Shown: positions 52,664-61,772 of the stretch, one piece after another
Position numbering within the stretch: position 1 is the stretch's first letter
How the letters are laid out: each line of letters starts with the position of its first letter
Assembly (NCBI GenBank): GCA_019310535.1
Contig: JAFDED010000009.1
Span: 65,621 to 129,620, forward strand
Source of the DNA: Deltaproteobacteria bacterium
GTDB taxonomy: Bacteria; Desulfobacterota; JAFDED01
DNA: 64,000 nucleotides
Direction of reading: 5' to 3'
The notes under the pieces: model-generated
Told to the model about the DNA's origin: nothing
Seen by the model: only the letters and a program-made list of their open reading frames with translations
The model's database searches: none
Position numbers and translations under genes: made by a program

Positions 52664-54115
52664 ATGCAAAACGCTGACAGGAAATCTTCTGATAAAACTT
52701 CGGGCGAAATGAGCGCCACCATCAGCCGTGACAGCCGTGAGCCGGGATTCTTGAGTATACTCTGGAATTGGCTTTATTCCCTGAAGCTTACCATTTTTCT
52801 TTTGATTCTCCTTGCTGTTCTCAGCATTTTGGGGACCGTCATCCCCCAGAACCAGCCCGCCGCGGAGTACCTCAAGTTTTACACACCGGTGAAATACCGG
52901 TTTTATCTGGCCATGGGGCTGCTGGACATGTACCACTCGTGGTGGTTCATCACACTGCTCGGCCTGCTGAGTCTGAACCTGACGGCCTGTTCGTGGCGAA
53001 GGATTCCCGTAGTCCTGAGGCATATGTCCGGTTCGACGCCCCTGCTGACCGACCGGCTTGCAAACTCGTGTGCTGTGAAGCACAGCTTGCACGCGCCCCG
53101 CCCCCCCGAGGGGTGCCTGTCGGAGGCGCAAACCATCCTTGGAAAGAGCTACCGGAACGTTACCATATCCGCATCAGGCGATTCCATCCACCTGGTGGCG
53201 GACCGGGGCCGGTTTGCCCGACTGGGCGTCCTCATCACACACGCCAGCGTCCTGTTCATCCTCCTGGGCGGGATGGTCGGGTCGATCTTCGGGTTTAAGG
53301 GGTTCGTGAACATTGTGGAAGGGGAGAGCGTAGATCAGGTTTTTCTGCAGAAAAGCCCGGCACCCTTGCCCCTGGGCTTCACCGTGCGCTGCGATAAGTT
53401 CGACGTGGACTTTTACGATGACGGAACACCGAAGGACTACCGCAGCGCGTTGACCGTGCTGGAGGGAGGGAAGGAAATACTCAAGCGGGACGTGCGCGTG
53501 AATCATCCCCTGGTTTACAGGGGCATTACCTTTTACCAGTCCAGCTACGGCAATGCCGGGCCGCCGCGCTTCGAGCTGGAAATCCGCAACCGTCAGGATG
53601 GTCCATCGGAAGTCAAAAGAGTAAAATTTCAGCAGACGTTTTCGCCCTCAACGGGAGACGGGGCTTTCCGCATTGTGGATTACCGAGAATCGGTCATGGG
53701 CCGGGGGCCTGCTGTGCGCATCGCCCATTTCCGGGACTCCCGGCGGGCGGGTGATTTCTGGGTTTTTCGCGGCGCTCCTACCACAAGGGATCTGGACGGA
53801 AACTCGTGGACCTTCGTGCTGAACGGGGTGCATCAACCTCGTTTCACGGGACTCCAGGTGGCCAGAGACCCGGGTGTCTGGATGGTCTGGATCGGCAGCA
53901 CCCTCATGGTGATAGGGATGATGGTGGCGTTCTTCATGTCGCACCGAAAAATATGGGTGCGCATTACCCCTGAGAAGAAAGGCTCCCGCATCCTCCTGGC
54001 GGGACGGAGCACGAGAAATCCGATCTCGTTCCACAAGGAGTTCGAGAGGATTGCCGGGTTATTTTCATCAATGGCTCCCGATAAAAAGGCCCCTGAGAGG
54101 AGAAAAAAGTCATAA
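52664..54115 (+). CDS. ccsB: Cytochrome c biogenesis protein CcsB/ResB (System II)
   Basis: Typical ResB N-terminus (LWNWLYSLKLTIFLLILLAVLSILGTVIPQ), a large periplasmic domain and C-terminal TM segments. Followed by ccsA. Confidence 0.85.
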   Translation: MQNADRKSSDKTSGEMSATISRDSREPGFLSILWNWLYSLKLTIFLLILLAVLSILGTVIPQNQPAAEYLKFYTPVKYRFYLAMGLLDMYHSWWFITLLGLLSLNLTACSWRRIPVVLRHMSGSTPLLTDRLANSCAVKHSLHAPRPPEGCLSEAQTILGKSYRNVTISASGDSIHLVADRGRFARLGVLITHASVLFILLGGMVGSIFGFKGFVNIVEGESVDQVFLQKSPAPLPLGFTVRCDKFDVDFYDDGTPKDYRSALTVLEGGKEILKRDVRVNHPLVYRGITFYQSSYGNAGPPRFELEIRNRQDGPSEVKRVKFQQTFSPSTGDGAFRIVDYRESVMGRGPAVRIAHFRDSRRAGDFWVFRGAPTTRDLDGNSWTFVLNGVHQPRFTGLQVARDPGVWMVWIGSTLMVIGMMVAFFMSHRKIWVRITPEKKGSRILLAGRSTRNPISFHKEFERIAGLFSSMAPDKKAPERRKKS

Positions 54116-54230
54116 GTCCGTCCCGCATTGGAAAACTGTTTTGAAAGGATACCTTGAAAGCATACCATGAGAAGAAGAACGAAGAAAATACCGGTCATCC
54201 TGTTATCGTATCAAAAATAAGGAAAAACTG

Positions 54231-55061
54231 ATGACAAGCAGTACTATTTTCAGCGTCATTACCTTTGGGTATTTACTGAGCTGGGTGCTTTACCTGTGCT
54301 ATATGGTTTTTCGGCAAGAGACGTTGGGCCGGTTGGCCTCGGTGACGGCGTGGCTTTTCTGGGCGATGCAGACGGGGGGATTCGCCATCCGATGGATCGA
54401 ATCCTACCGGCTGGGCATCGGCAAACCCCCCTTGACCAACTTGTACGAATCCATGGTCTTCTTTTCCTGGAGCATTATATTGCTGTACCTGCTCTTCGAG
54501 CTGCGCCATCGCACCCTGACCATGGGCGCGGTCGCGGTGCCTTTCGGCTTCGGTGCCATGGCCTATGCCTCCCTTGCCCCCAACATCAGCAATCAGATCC
54601 AGCCTCTGGTGCCGGCCTTGCAGAGCGACTGGCTGCTGGCACACGTGATCACCTGCTTCCTGGGATACGCGGCCTTCGCCATATCCTGCGGCGTGAGCAT
54701 CCTGTACGTGATCCAGGAACGGAGAACCAACCCCGGCGGAAGCTCGCATATCCCGTCCCTCTCCGTCCTGGACGATTGGATTTACAAGAGCATCGCGGTG
54801 GGCTTTCCGTTGCTGACCGCGGGCATCATCACCGGGGCGGCATGGGCGTACAGCGCGTGGGGGGCTTACTGGAGCTGGGACCCCAAGGAGACCTGGTCCC
54901 TGATTACCTGGCTCATTTACGCCGCGTTTCTCCACGCCCGGTTCACCCGTGGGTGGCAGGGGAAAAAGGCCGCCTTCCTCTCCATAGTGGGCTTCCTGGC
55001 CGTCATCTTCACCTATCTCGGTGTCAACCTGATCCTCTCCGGCCTCCACAGCTATACGTGA
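54231..55061 (+). CDS. ccsA: Cytochrome c biogenesis protein CcsA (heme-handling, WWD motif)
   Basis: Trp-rich motif WAYSAWGAYWSWDPKETWSLITW. Polytopic. Confidence 0.9.
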   Translation: MTSSTIFSVITFGYLLSWVLYLCYMVFRQETLGRLASVTAWLFWAMQTGGFAIRWIESYRLGIGKPPLTNLYESMVFFSWSIILLYLLFELRHRTLTMGAVAVPFGFGAMAYASLAPNISNQIQPLVPALQSDWLLAHVITCFLGYAAFAISCGVSILYVIQERRTNPGGSSHIPSLSVLDDWIYKSIAVGFPLLTAGIITGAAWAYSAWGAYWSWDPKETWSLITWLIYAAFLHARFTRGWQGKKAAFLSIVGFLAVIFTYLGVNLILSGLHSYT

Positions 55062-55097
55062 GTGGAAATCCGCCCATACAGTCTCCTGGTGTTCGCC

Positions 55098-55176
55098 GTG
55101 CCGCCGTCGTACGTAGCGGCCCTCTTGATACAACACCAGGATTGCTTGTTCCATATCCTTCTCCTTGACCGTCATA
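55098..55176 (-). pseudogene. Displaced 3'-end fragment of an ACT-domain gene (copy of 58614-58692)
   Basis: A 53-bp core (55118-55170) differs from 58634-58686 at only 2 positions. It translates to VKEKDMEQAILVLYQEG, against VKEKDVEQAILVLSQEG in the intact gene. Confidence 0.6.
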
Positions 55177-55674
55177 CCAAGTTGCATTCATTTCAGTAAC
55201 ACAAATCGCAGCAAATAGTTTTCTTTTGATTGCAAATCCCTCTCTTCCCTGACGCAGGGGCGGGCCTGCCCTGCTTCATGAATTTTCAAGGCTTGGCCGG
55301 TATTGAATCACAGCGTTCGGTCCAATGGGTAAGCAATAAGAATTTAATAAAAATCAAGCGATTAAAGTTTTATTGCTGTCGCACCTTACGGGGAAACCCT
55401 CTTGTAAAAGGGCCGTCCCCCGCACTTCCTTCCCAAAACTATGGCGATCCCGGGGGAGCACAGGAGGTTTTCCGCTTGACAGGGAGACACCGTTTGAAAG
55501 AAGATATCATAATGCTTTTCCCTGCCGGAGGTGAGCCGGAGGGGGAAATCGTTCGAAGACGTCGGAATGCAGTTTCCAGAGGTTCGATGACGCGTCGAAT
55601 CGTATGACCTCCTATACAGAGCAATACGAGGAAACACGGTCGAACAACCTGAAGAAACGCAAGGAGGACACATC

Positions 55675-57273
55675 ATGATACAACGTGTACAACGTATACA
55701 AATAGTGCTGCTGACGGCAGCGATGATGTTTATGGGCGCCGCGGCGGGCTTTGCCGCCACGGTAAACACCATCGGGTTCGGCGATGCGGACTGGGGGCCG
55801 GGAGACTCCCCCGGCATCCTGGGGGAACGCTCCCAGTGGTCCGAAGTGGCCGAGGTGGAAGACTATGCAACGGATGCGCGCACCACTGTATCCGGTAATT
55901 TCACGGTGTTCAATGTGGGCCCCGAGCTCTGGAACAAAGGCATCTGGGTCTTCGGCGCCCCAGGATACGTGGAGGTGTCGTTCACCACGCCCTCCGACAG
56001 CCTTTTTGTGCAGTTCGAGTCCGACTCCAACGACGGGCCCGCCGATTTTTACGTGGACGGGACGCTGGTCCACAGCCTGAACACCAACAACGGGAGCTGG
56101 TTCGCGGTGGTCATCAGCGGACTGAGTATGACGACCCACACCCTCAGGGTAGAGGCCACCGCCGGTGCCGCCGCCACGGCCGCAGTGCCGAATCACCTGG
56201 CCATCGACGCCATGGGCTCGGGCGCCCCCGACGGGGTTGGGAATTGCTACCCGGACCTGCCCGACCCGGAGCTGGCCTTCAGCGGCACGGAGGATTACAC
56301 GTTCAACGGGCAGCAGTTTACACGCTACCGCCTGAGCGTGACCAACCATGCGGATTACCCGGACGAGCTGTTCGCGGCGGCGCCCGGTCTGCCGCCCTGC
56401 GGCTCCAACACCGACTCCTCGCGCACGTGGGTGGACATTTTCGACCAGAACGACACGCGCCTCTACGGGTTCTGCGCCCTGGGCGTTTCGTCGAACCTGA
56501 ACCACCTCTGGATCGCGGTCCCGGATGGGACGTCGCCGCCCACGTCGGTCTATATCACTATGACCGACAGGCAGTGCAGCAACGTCTACACCTCCAACAG
56601 CGTCTCCCTGGGCGCCACCCATCCCGTGGGAGCCTGTATCCTCGACGCCAGCGGAGCCAGCGCCTCATTCGGCTACAACGGCACCACCAACACGCTGTAT
56701 GTGGACAACCTCCGGTTCCTGGGGCAGCCCTTCACCATCAACTGGCTGCTCGACCTGGCCAACGGCGACTGGGAACTGTTCGGCACCGGCGGCAGAGCCT
56801 CGGGCATGGGCGGGCTTCTGGACTTCAGTGCGGCCGGGGTGGAGTTCTCGGAATGCCTGAACATGGTCATTCGCGGCTTCCGCTTCCTGGGCGAGGAGTT
56901 CGTCGCCTGCTGGCGCCTGAACCTGAACGACGGCAGGTGGACCCTCATCGGCCTGGGCGATCGGTGCGGTGGCTCCGGCAACGGCGGGGACATCAACGGG
57001 GGTGCCGACGGGCAGCTCTCCACGGTTACCGTGCATGTCATTGACGCCTTCACCGACGCGGATATCGCCGGGGCCTTTGTCACGCTCTTCGGGTCCCAGA
57101 TATTCTCCGGCACCACCGGCAGCAGCGGTACCGTGGTCTTTCAGAACGTGCCTTACGACACATACGACATCGAGGTCATCGGACCAGTGGGATACGGGGC
57201 GCTCCTGCAAAGCGGCAACGTGGTGGACGACCCGGTTGAGTTTTTCGAGGTGGGTATGGACCCGGCGGCCTAG
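55675..57273 (+). CDS. Secreted multidomain protein, paralog 2 (same N- and middle domains as 48154-49830, extra Cys-containing insert, no DUF2135-like tail)
   Basis: AGGAGG SD and a signal peptide. Long collinear identity blocks with paralog 1, for example FTTPSDSLFVQFESDSNDG, NTNNGSWFAVV, IDAMGSGAPDG, VEFSECLNMVIR and STVTVHV. Confidence 0.7.
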   Translation: MIQRVQRIQIVLLTAAMMFMGAAAGFAATVNTIGFGDADWGPGDSPGILGERSQWSEVAEVEDYATDARTTVSGNFTVFNVGPELWNKGIWVFGAPGYVEVSFTTPSDSLFVQFESDSNDGPADFYVDGTLVHSLNTNNGSWFAVVISGLSMTTHTLRVEATAGAAATAAVPNHLAIDAMGSGAPDGVGNCYPDLPDPELAFSGTEDYTFNGQQFTRYRLSVTNHADYPDELFAAAPGLPPCGSNTDSSRTWVDIFDQNDTRLYGFCALGVSSNLNHLWIAVPDGTSPPTSVYITMTDRQCSNVYTSNSVSLGATHPVGACILDASGASASFGYNGTTNTLYVDNLRFLGQPFTINWLLDLANGDWELFGTGGRASGMGGLLDFSAAGVEFSECLNMVIRGFRFLGEEFVACWRLNLNDGRWTLIGLGDRCGGSGNGGDINGGADGQLSTVTVHVIDAFTDADIAGAFVTLFGSQIFSGTTGSSGTVVFQNVPYDTYDIEVIGPVGYGALLQSGNVVDDPVEFFEVGMDPAA

Positions 57274-57305
57274 GCCCACGGCCGGGGCCGCGTGAAACCC
57301 CCGAC

Positions 57306-57335
57306 GCCCCCTCCCCGCGGGGAGGGGGCTTTATT
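57306..57335 (+). terminator. Rho-independent terminator
   Basis: GCCCCCTCCCC-GC-GGGGAGGGGGC followed by TTTATT, beginning 33 nt after the paralog 2 stop. Confidence 0.7.
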
Positions 57336-57712
57336 GCGCCGCGCTCACCTCCCAGGCATTTGGCCAGAGCAGCTCAAGGTGGTTTGGAACCTGTCCCTGT
57401 AAACCGGTTCCGAGGGGTCTGCCCTCATCTTTTGCGCAGCATCGCGGCGCACTTTCACTTACAAAGCTGGAGTTCAGTCAAGCCGAATCAAGTAAGGATT
57501 ATCGGGTGAAAAGGAGTATAAAGGCTGAGATAACCTGCAGGTATGCAGCGAAGCTGTAAGCATGCCAGTTTTATTGCGTAGTTCTTCATCGATCTCCGCT
57601 GGTAGAATGTTCTCTATCATTCGAACCCCTTTGGTCCTCGTTCTGTAATCGGTGTGGCGATTGTGTTAGATACATGCTTGACGAGTTCCAGCACCGCCAC
57701 CTTTGTTCGATA

Positions 57713-58294
57713 TTATTTTTTTACCGCCCATTGTGCCCAACTACTGCATTCCTTTTCCAAGAATTTGTTCATATCATTAAGATCACCTTTATTTTTTGTT
57801 CCTTTTTTCCATTCTTTTAATAAATATCCGAAGCATTCCTCAGGAATATCTACAGCCCAATCTTTAAATTCTGATTTTGATTCTTGAACATATCGATATA
57901 TTCCTTTTAAAATACCCATGCAATAAAGCTTGGCTTCTTTGGCCATCCCTAACTTTAAGTATTTAATAACTTGCTTGTTATAGGGATCCAATTCTTCCTC
58001 CATCATTTCCGCCGCCATTTCATCTGGTGAAGAATATCCGTCAGTTCTCGGCCCCGCTCGATCCCATAATTCGTGAACATCAATTCCATCCAAAACTGAA
58101 AAAACCTCTTCGCTAATTTCTTCCAAGTCGATTTTTTTAAGAAATTTTGTTGTTTCCTCTTCAATCTGTTGTGCAATATATGGATCTTTCTTTGCTAATC
58201 GCCTCAATATTTCTAATGCTTCTTCTGAAGAAATTTCGTTTAATATTTCGTCTATCATTTTTTCCACCAAACGTTGATTATATGGTTTCCGCAT
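57713..58294 (-). CDS. Hypothetical protein (193 aa, acidic/Lys-rich, AT-rich gene)
   Basis: Clean ORF in a visibly AT-rich segment. No family recognised. Confidence 0.5.
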   Translation of the reverse strand: MRKPYNQRLVEKMIDEILNEISSEEALEILRRLAKKDPYIAQQIEEETTKFLKKIDLEEISEEVFSVLDGIDVHELWDRAGPRTDGYSSPDEMAAEMMEEELDPYNKQVIKYLKLGMAKEAKLYCMGILKGIYRYVQESKSEFKDWAVDIPEECFGYLLKEWKKGTKNKGDLNDMNKFLEKECSSWAQWAVKK

Positions 58295-58604
58295 GATAGC
58301 CCATCTACCCCGCCGGTTAGAGGGCGACCACGGGGCTGCACACTCCCTTCCCGTTCCAGTTCAAAACATGCGTGTTTCCATTTTGGCGCTGTAGATGACC
58401 GGTCACCTATTTCCCCCATCCATTACGGAAAAAAACGTACACCTTTTAAAAAAATCTGTCAATTATTGATTTCAGGAAGTACTGCTCTGTGGGGATTTCA
58501 GCAGCTTATGAGCAAAGGATTGCCAGAATCTGACAGGTTTCTCCCTGCCCAATCGGCGGCACAGAGATTAATTTGGGCGTGCACGGCGAAGTGCAAGGCC
58601 CGTG

Positions 58605-59006
58605 TTATCCCCCGCGCCGCCGCCGAACCTGATGGCCCTCTTGAGACAACACCAGGATTGCTTGTTCCACATCCTTCTCCTTGACCATCACGTAGTCCGT
58701 ATCGTAGGTTGACACCACGAAGGTACTGATACCCGCGCGCGCCAGCGGCGCAGCAAGTGAAGCGAGGATGCCGGTCAGAGAGAGAGCCAGCGGCCCTTCC
58801 ACTCTCAGGCATTGCCATTCCCTGTCGCACGGTATCTCTTCCGGGACGCTGCTTTGAGGACACACGATGGAAAGCTCGTCGGGCGTCCGCGTGATAGAGA
58901 AAAAGCCGCCCGTGAGCGCCCAATCAGGAATCCCGGCGTCCCTGTCCAGCCTGCAGATGGCCAATGTTTCCTGCAATAGGGAAAGGATAAGCTTTGGGTT
59001 GGTCAT
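58605..59006 (-). CDS. ACT domain-containing protein
   Basis: 133 aa. The pattern LAICRL...FFSITRTPDELSIVC...WQCLRVEGPL...GILASLAAPLARAGISTFVVSTYDTDYVMV is typical of small ACT_7-type proteins. Confidence 0.7.
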   Translation of the reverse strand: MTNPKLILSLLQETLAICRLDRDAGIPDWALTGGFFSITRTPDELSIVCPQSSVPEEIPCDREWQCLRVEGPLALSLTGILASLAAPLARAGISTFVVSTYDTDYVMVKEKDVEQAILVLSQEGHQVRRRRGG

Positions 59007-59099
59007 GTCCTCTTAAACTCAGCGGCACGGCGGTTTCCAGCGCAAAAGAAGTTTGCCCAAGCCCTGTTTGGGCCGAATGCAGCGTCGCCTTTTAAACCG

Positions 59100-59492
59100 T
59101 CAGGCGGCATTGACAAGATAGTTCGATATTTCGATCAAATTTCCGTCCGGGTCGCGCACGTAAATCGATTCAATAGGTCCTCTTGCTCCTGTTTTCCTCG
59201 CGGGTCCCTCTAAAATCTCAACACCGCATGAACTCATGTGATCTATCACGCGCTGCAGAGGAATATCCGTTATGAAACAGATGTCTCCCGACCCGGGAGC
59301 GGAATTTAAGGCCTTTGGTTCCAGCTCTTTCCCCACTTCATGAAGGTTTATCTTCTGCTCTCCGAACAGCAGGGCCTTTCGGCCATTTCCAAATGTTATC
59401 ACCTGCATCGAGAAAACACGCGAATAAAATTCACAGGTTGCCTCGATGTCATGGACCGTAAGAACAATGTGATCAATTTTATCCACCTGCAT
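59100..59492 (-). CDS. VOC family protein (glyoxalase/bleomycin-resistance/dioxygenase fold)
   Basis: 130 aa. Motifs IDHIVLTVHDIEATCEFY...DPDGNLIEI. Confidence 0.8.
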   Translation of the reverse strand: MQVDKIDHIVLTVHDIEATCEFYSRVFSMQVITFGNGRKALLFGEQKINLHEVGKELEPKALNSAPGSGDICFITDIPLQRVIDHMSSCGVEILEGPARKTGARGPIESIYVRDPDGNLIEISNYLVNAA

Positions 59493-59574
59493 GTTTACAC
59501 CTCCGCAATGTCGTCCATTGCCAATTTATGAACGCCCGGATATTACGAGTCAAGATTTTTTTTGAAAGTCCGGC

Positions 59575-59598
59575 AGGAGCGGCTCGCGAGCCACCCCT
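59575..59598. repeat. GC-rich palindrome, TCGCGA-centred family (AGGAGCGGCTCGCGAGCCACCCCT)
   Basis: Imperfect palindrome around CTCGCGAG. Intergenic. Confidence 0.7.
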
Positions 59599-59816
59599 AT
59601 CCGGGCACTGCAGGAGTGATCCCCGTTCCGATGGAATGAACCGGTGAGCGCCGGGCCGATTGAGAATAAGTATCACATTATCGCAGGCCGGGAGCAACAT
59701 AGCCTTGACATTGATTTCCGGCAATGTTATGGCATTGGTGCGTGCATAAGATACGGAGGTGTTATAAAAGGATTTTCACTCATTTTGTCTGCCCAGCCTA
59801 CAGGGAGGCTACAGTG

Positions 59817-61184
59817 ATGTCGGTGCACCCCATGGATTTCAAGATATATGGTGATGATTTTGGAGACCCCCGGATCAGGGAGATCTTCTCCGAGCGGGGT
59901 GTGGTGGAGTCGTGGCTCCTGTTCGAGGCGACTCTGGCGCAGGTCCAGGGGGAGCTGGACATGATCCCGCGGGAGGCGGCGGAGGAGATAGCACGCAAGG
60001 CGAGCCTGGAGCATGTGAGCATCGAGCGGGTGGCCCATATCTACCGGGAAACCAGGCTCTCCAGCGTTTCCCTCATCCGGGCCTTGCGGGAAGCGTGCGA
60101 GGGCGGCGCCGGCGAGTACATCCACTACGGCGCCACAACTCAGGACCTCTTTGACACCAGCTTGGCCCTTCGTCTCAAAGGGGCGCTGAATATCATCGAT
60201 GAGGAGGCACGGCAGCTTCACGGTCTCCTCTTGGACCTGGCCCGGCGATACCGCGACACCCTCATGGTCGGCCGCACCCACGGTCAGCATGCCCTCCCCA
60301 TCACCCTGGGGTTCAAGCTCGCCGTCTGGTCCGAGGCCATACGGGAACACCTGGAGCGCTTCGGCCAGATCAAAGAGAGGCTGCTGGTGGGGAACGTCTC
60401 CGGAGCCGTGGGGAATTTCGCCTCCTTCTGCGCCATCGACGCCCCCAATGCCCTGCGCATGCAGGACATGGTCCTGGAGCGACTGGGATTGGACGTGCCG
60501 GTCATTTCCATCCAGCCGCGCACGGAGAGGCTGGCGGAGTTCATGAACCTCCTGTCCCTGGTGTCTCTGACGCTGGAAAAGATGGCCGAAGAAGTGTTTA
60601 CCCTTCAGCGCACGGAGTTCGGTGAGCTGGAAGAACCATACGATACCGAAAAGCAGATCAGCTCCAGCACCATGCCCCAGAAGCGGAACCCCATTCATGC
60701 CGAGCTGATTCGGGCCCTGGTGCGCAAAATCCGTTCCAACGCCGGGGTGATGAGCGGCGCCTTCATGAAAGAAGAGCGTGACATGTCGCCATTTTACCTG
60801 GAGGACCTGATCATACCCGAAACCTGTGTGCTGGCCAGCACGGTGCTTGAGGCCGCAAAGGTCATCTTCTCCGGACTGGTGGTCAACGAAGAACGCATGC
60901 GCCGGAATCTGGATTCCACCAAGGGGCTGCTCATGGCCGAGGCGCTGATGCTGGAGCTTTCCAAAAAAACAGGGCGCAAAGAAACGGCCATGGATCTGGT
61001 TCACACGGCGGCCATGATATCGTTCGAAAAGGGGGTCCCGTTTACGCGGGCGGTCCTGGAGGATGAGGCCATCGGCCGGCACTTCAGCGCCGACGATCTG
61101 GAGAGGATACTGAGCCCGGAACACTACTTAGGGCTCACCCGCGCACTGGTGGATCGGGTTGTCTCCGGTCATGGGCAACCCTGA
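59817..61184 (+). CDS. Adenylosuccinate lyase family protein (fumarate-lyase superfamily)
   Basis: Signature SSSTMPQKRNP and the TQDL motif. ATG at 59817, after GGGAGG. I cannot distinguish PurB from a PcaB-like cycloisomerase. Confidence 0.8.
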   Translation: MSVHPMDFKIYGDDFGDPRIREIFSERGVVESWLLFEATLAQVQGELDMIPREAAEEIARKASLEHVSIERVAHIYRETRLSSVSLIRALREACEGGAGEYIHYGATTQDLFDTSLALRLKGALNIIDEEARQLHGLLLDLARRYRDTLMVGRTHGQHALPITLGFKLAVWSEAIREHLERFGQIKERLLVGNVSGAVGNFASFCAIDAPNALRMQDMVLERLGLDVPVISIQPRTERLAEFMNLLSLVSLTLEKMAEEVFTLQRTEFGELEEPYDTEKQISSSTMPQKRNPIHAELIRALVRKIRSNAGVMSGAFMKEERDMSPFYLEDLIIPETCVLASTVLEAAKVIFSGLVVNEERMRRNLDSTKGLLMAEALMLELSKKTGRKETAMDLVHTAAMISFEKGVPFTRAVLEDEAIGRHFSADDLERILSPEHYLGLTRALVDRVVSGHGQP

Positions 61185-61427
61185 CGGAAGTTGGCACATC
61201 GTTCGGAACACGAGGAGGGTTAGACATGACAAAGGGCCGGCTGTGATGGGAACAGGCGGGCGCCCATGGCGATGCGCCGTTACTGAAATTGCAGAAGGTT
61301 GAAAAATATTCCGGCTCGGATTATTGTATATATTGTGCTCCTTTGGAACAGAAGATTGGTTACGCGCATCATATAAACATGGGCGTATTGTGATAATCCT
61401 GCAGGCAAAACCTATCCAGGTGGCAGT

Positions 61428-61668
61428 TTGAATCCCTTTCTGCCCGGCGTGAAAGCAAGGGAGCTTATCCGGGTTGCTCAGCCTCCCGGCTTCATCCTCG
61501 ACCGGCAGGGAGGTAGCCATTCGGTCTTTATTCGTCCCGCCGACGGGTCCAGAGTAGTTATTCCGGTGCACAAGGGGAAGGATATGATATAAAGACCCGC
61601 ACCCTCCACGGATACTTTCCGACATGGGTATATATCCAGAGGAGTTCAAGAAACTCTTACGAGGATAA
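61428..61668 (+). pseudogene. hicA: hicA toxin pseudogene (two frameshifts)
   Basis: Frame 0 gives MNPFLPGVKARELIRVAQPPGFILDRQGGSHSVFIRPADGSRVVIPVHKGKDMI* (stop at 61590). The expected HicA C-terminus continues in the other two frames: IKTRTLHG (61589-61612) and ILSDMGIYPEEFKKLLRG* (61612-61668). Confidence 0.6.
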
Positions 61669-61772
61669 GCTATAATACGGGAAGCATACCAATCACACCA
61701 AACGCTGGAACACTCGGGCATGGTATGCTACTCTGGCATAAGGATATCATCTATCAATCGGAGTCCAGGAGA

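Noticed and set aside
48154-57273. The two paralogs considered as a diversity-generating retroelement (template/variable repeat pair).
   Set aside because: No reverse transcriptase gene is in the window. The differences are spread along the whole genes and are not adenine-specific. Divergence looks like ordinary old paralogy.
61128-61721. 197-aa minus-strand ORF.
   Set aside because: No recognisable motifs. It overlaps the 3' end of the lyase gene and is antisense to the hicA relic, whose similarity to HicA explains the open frame.
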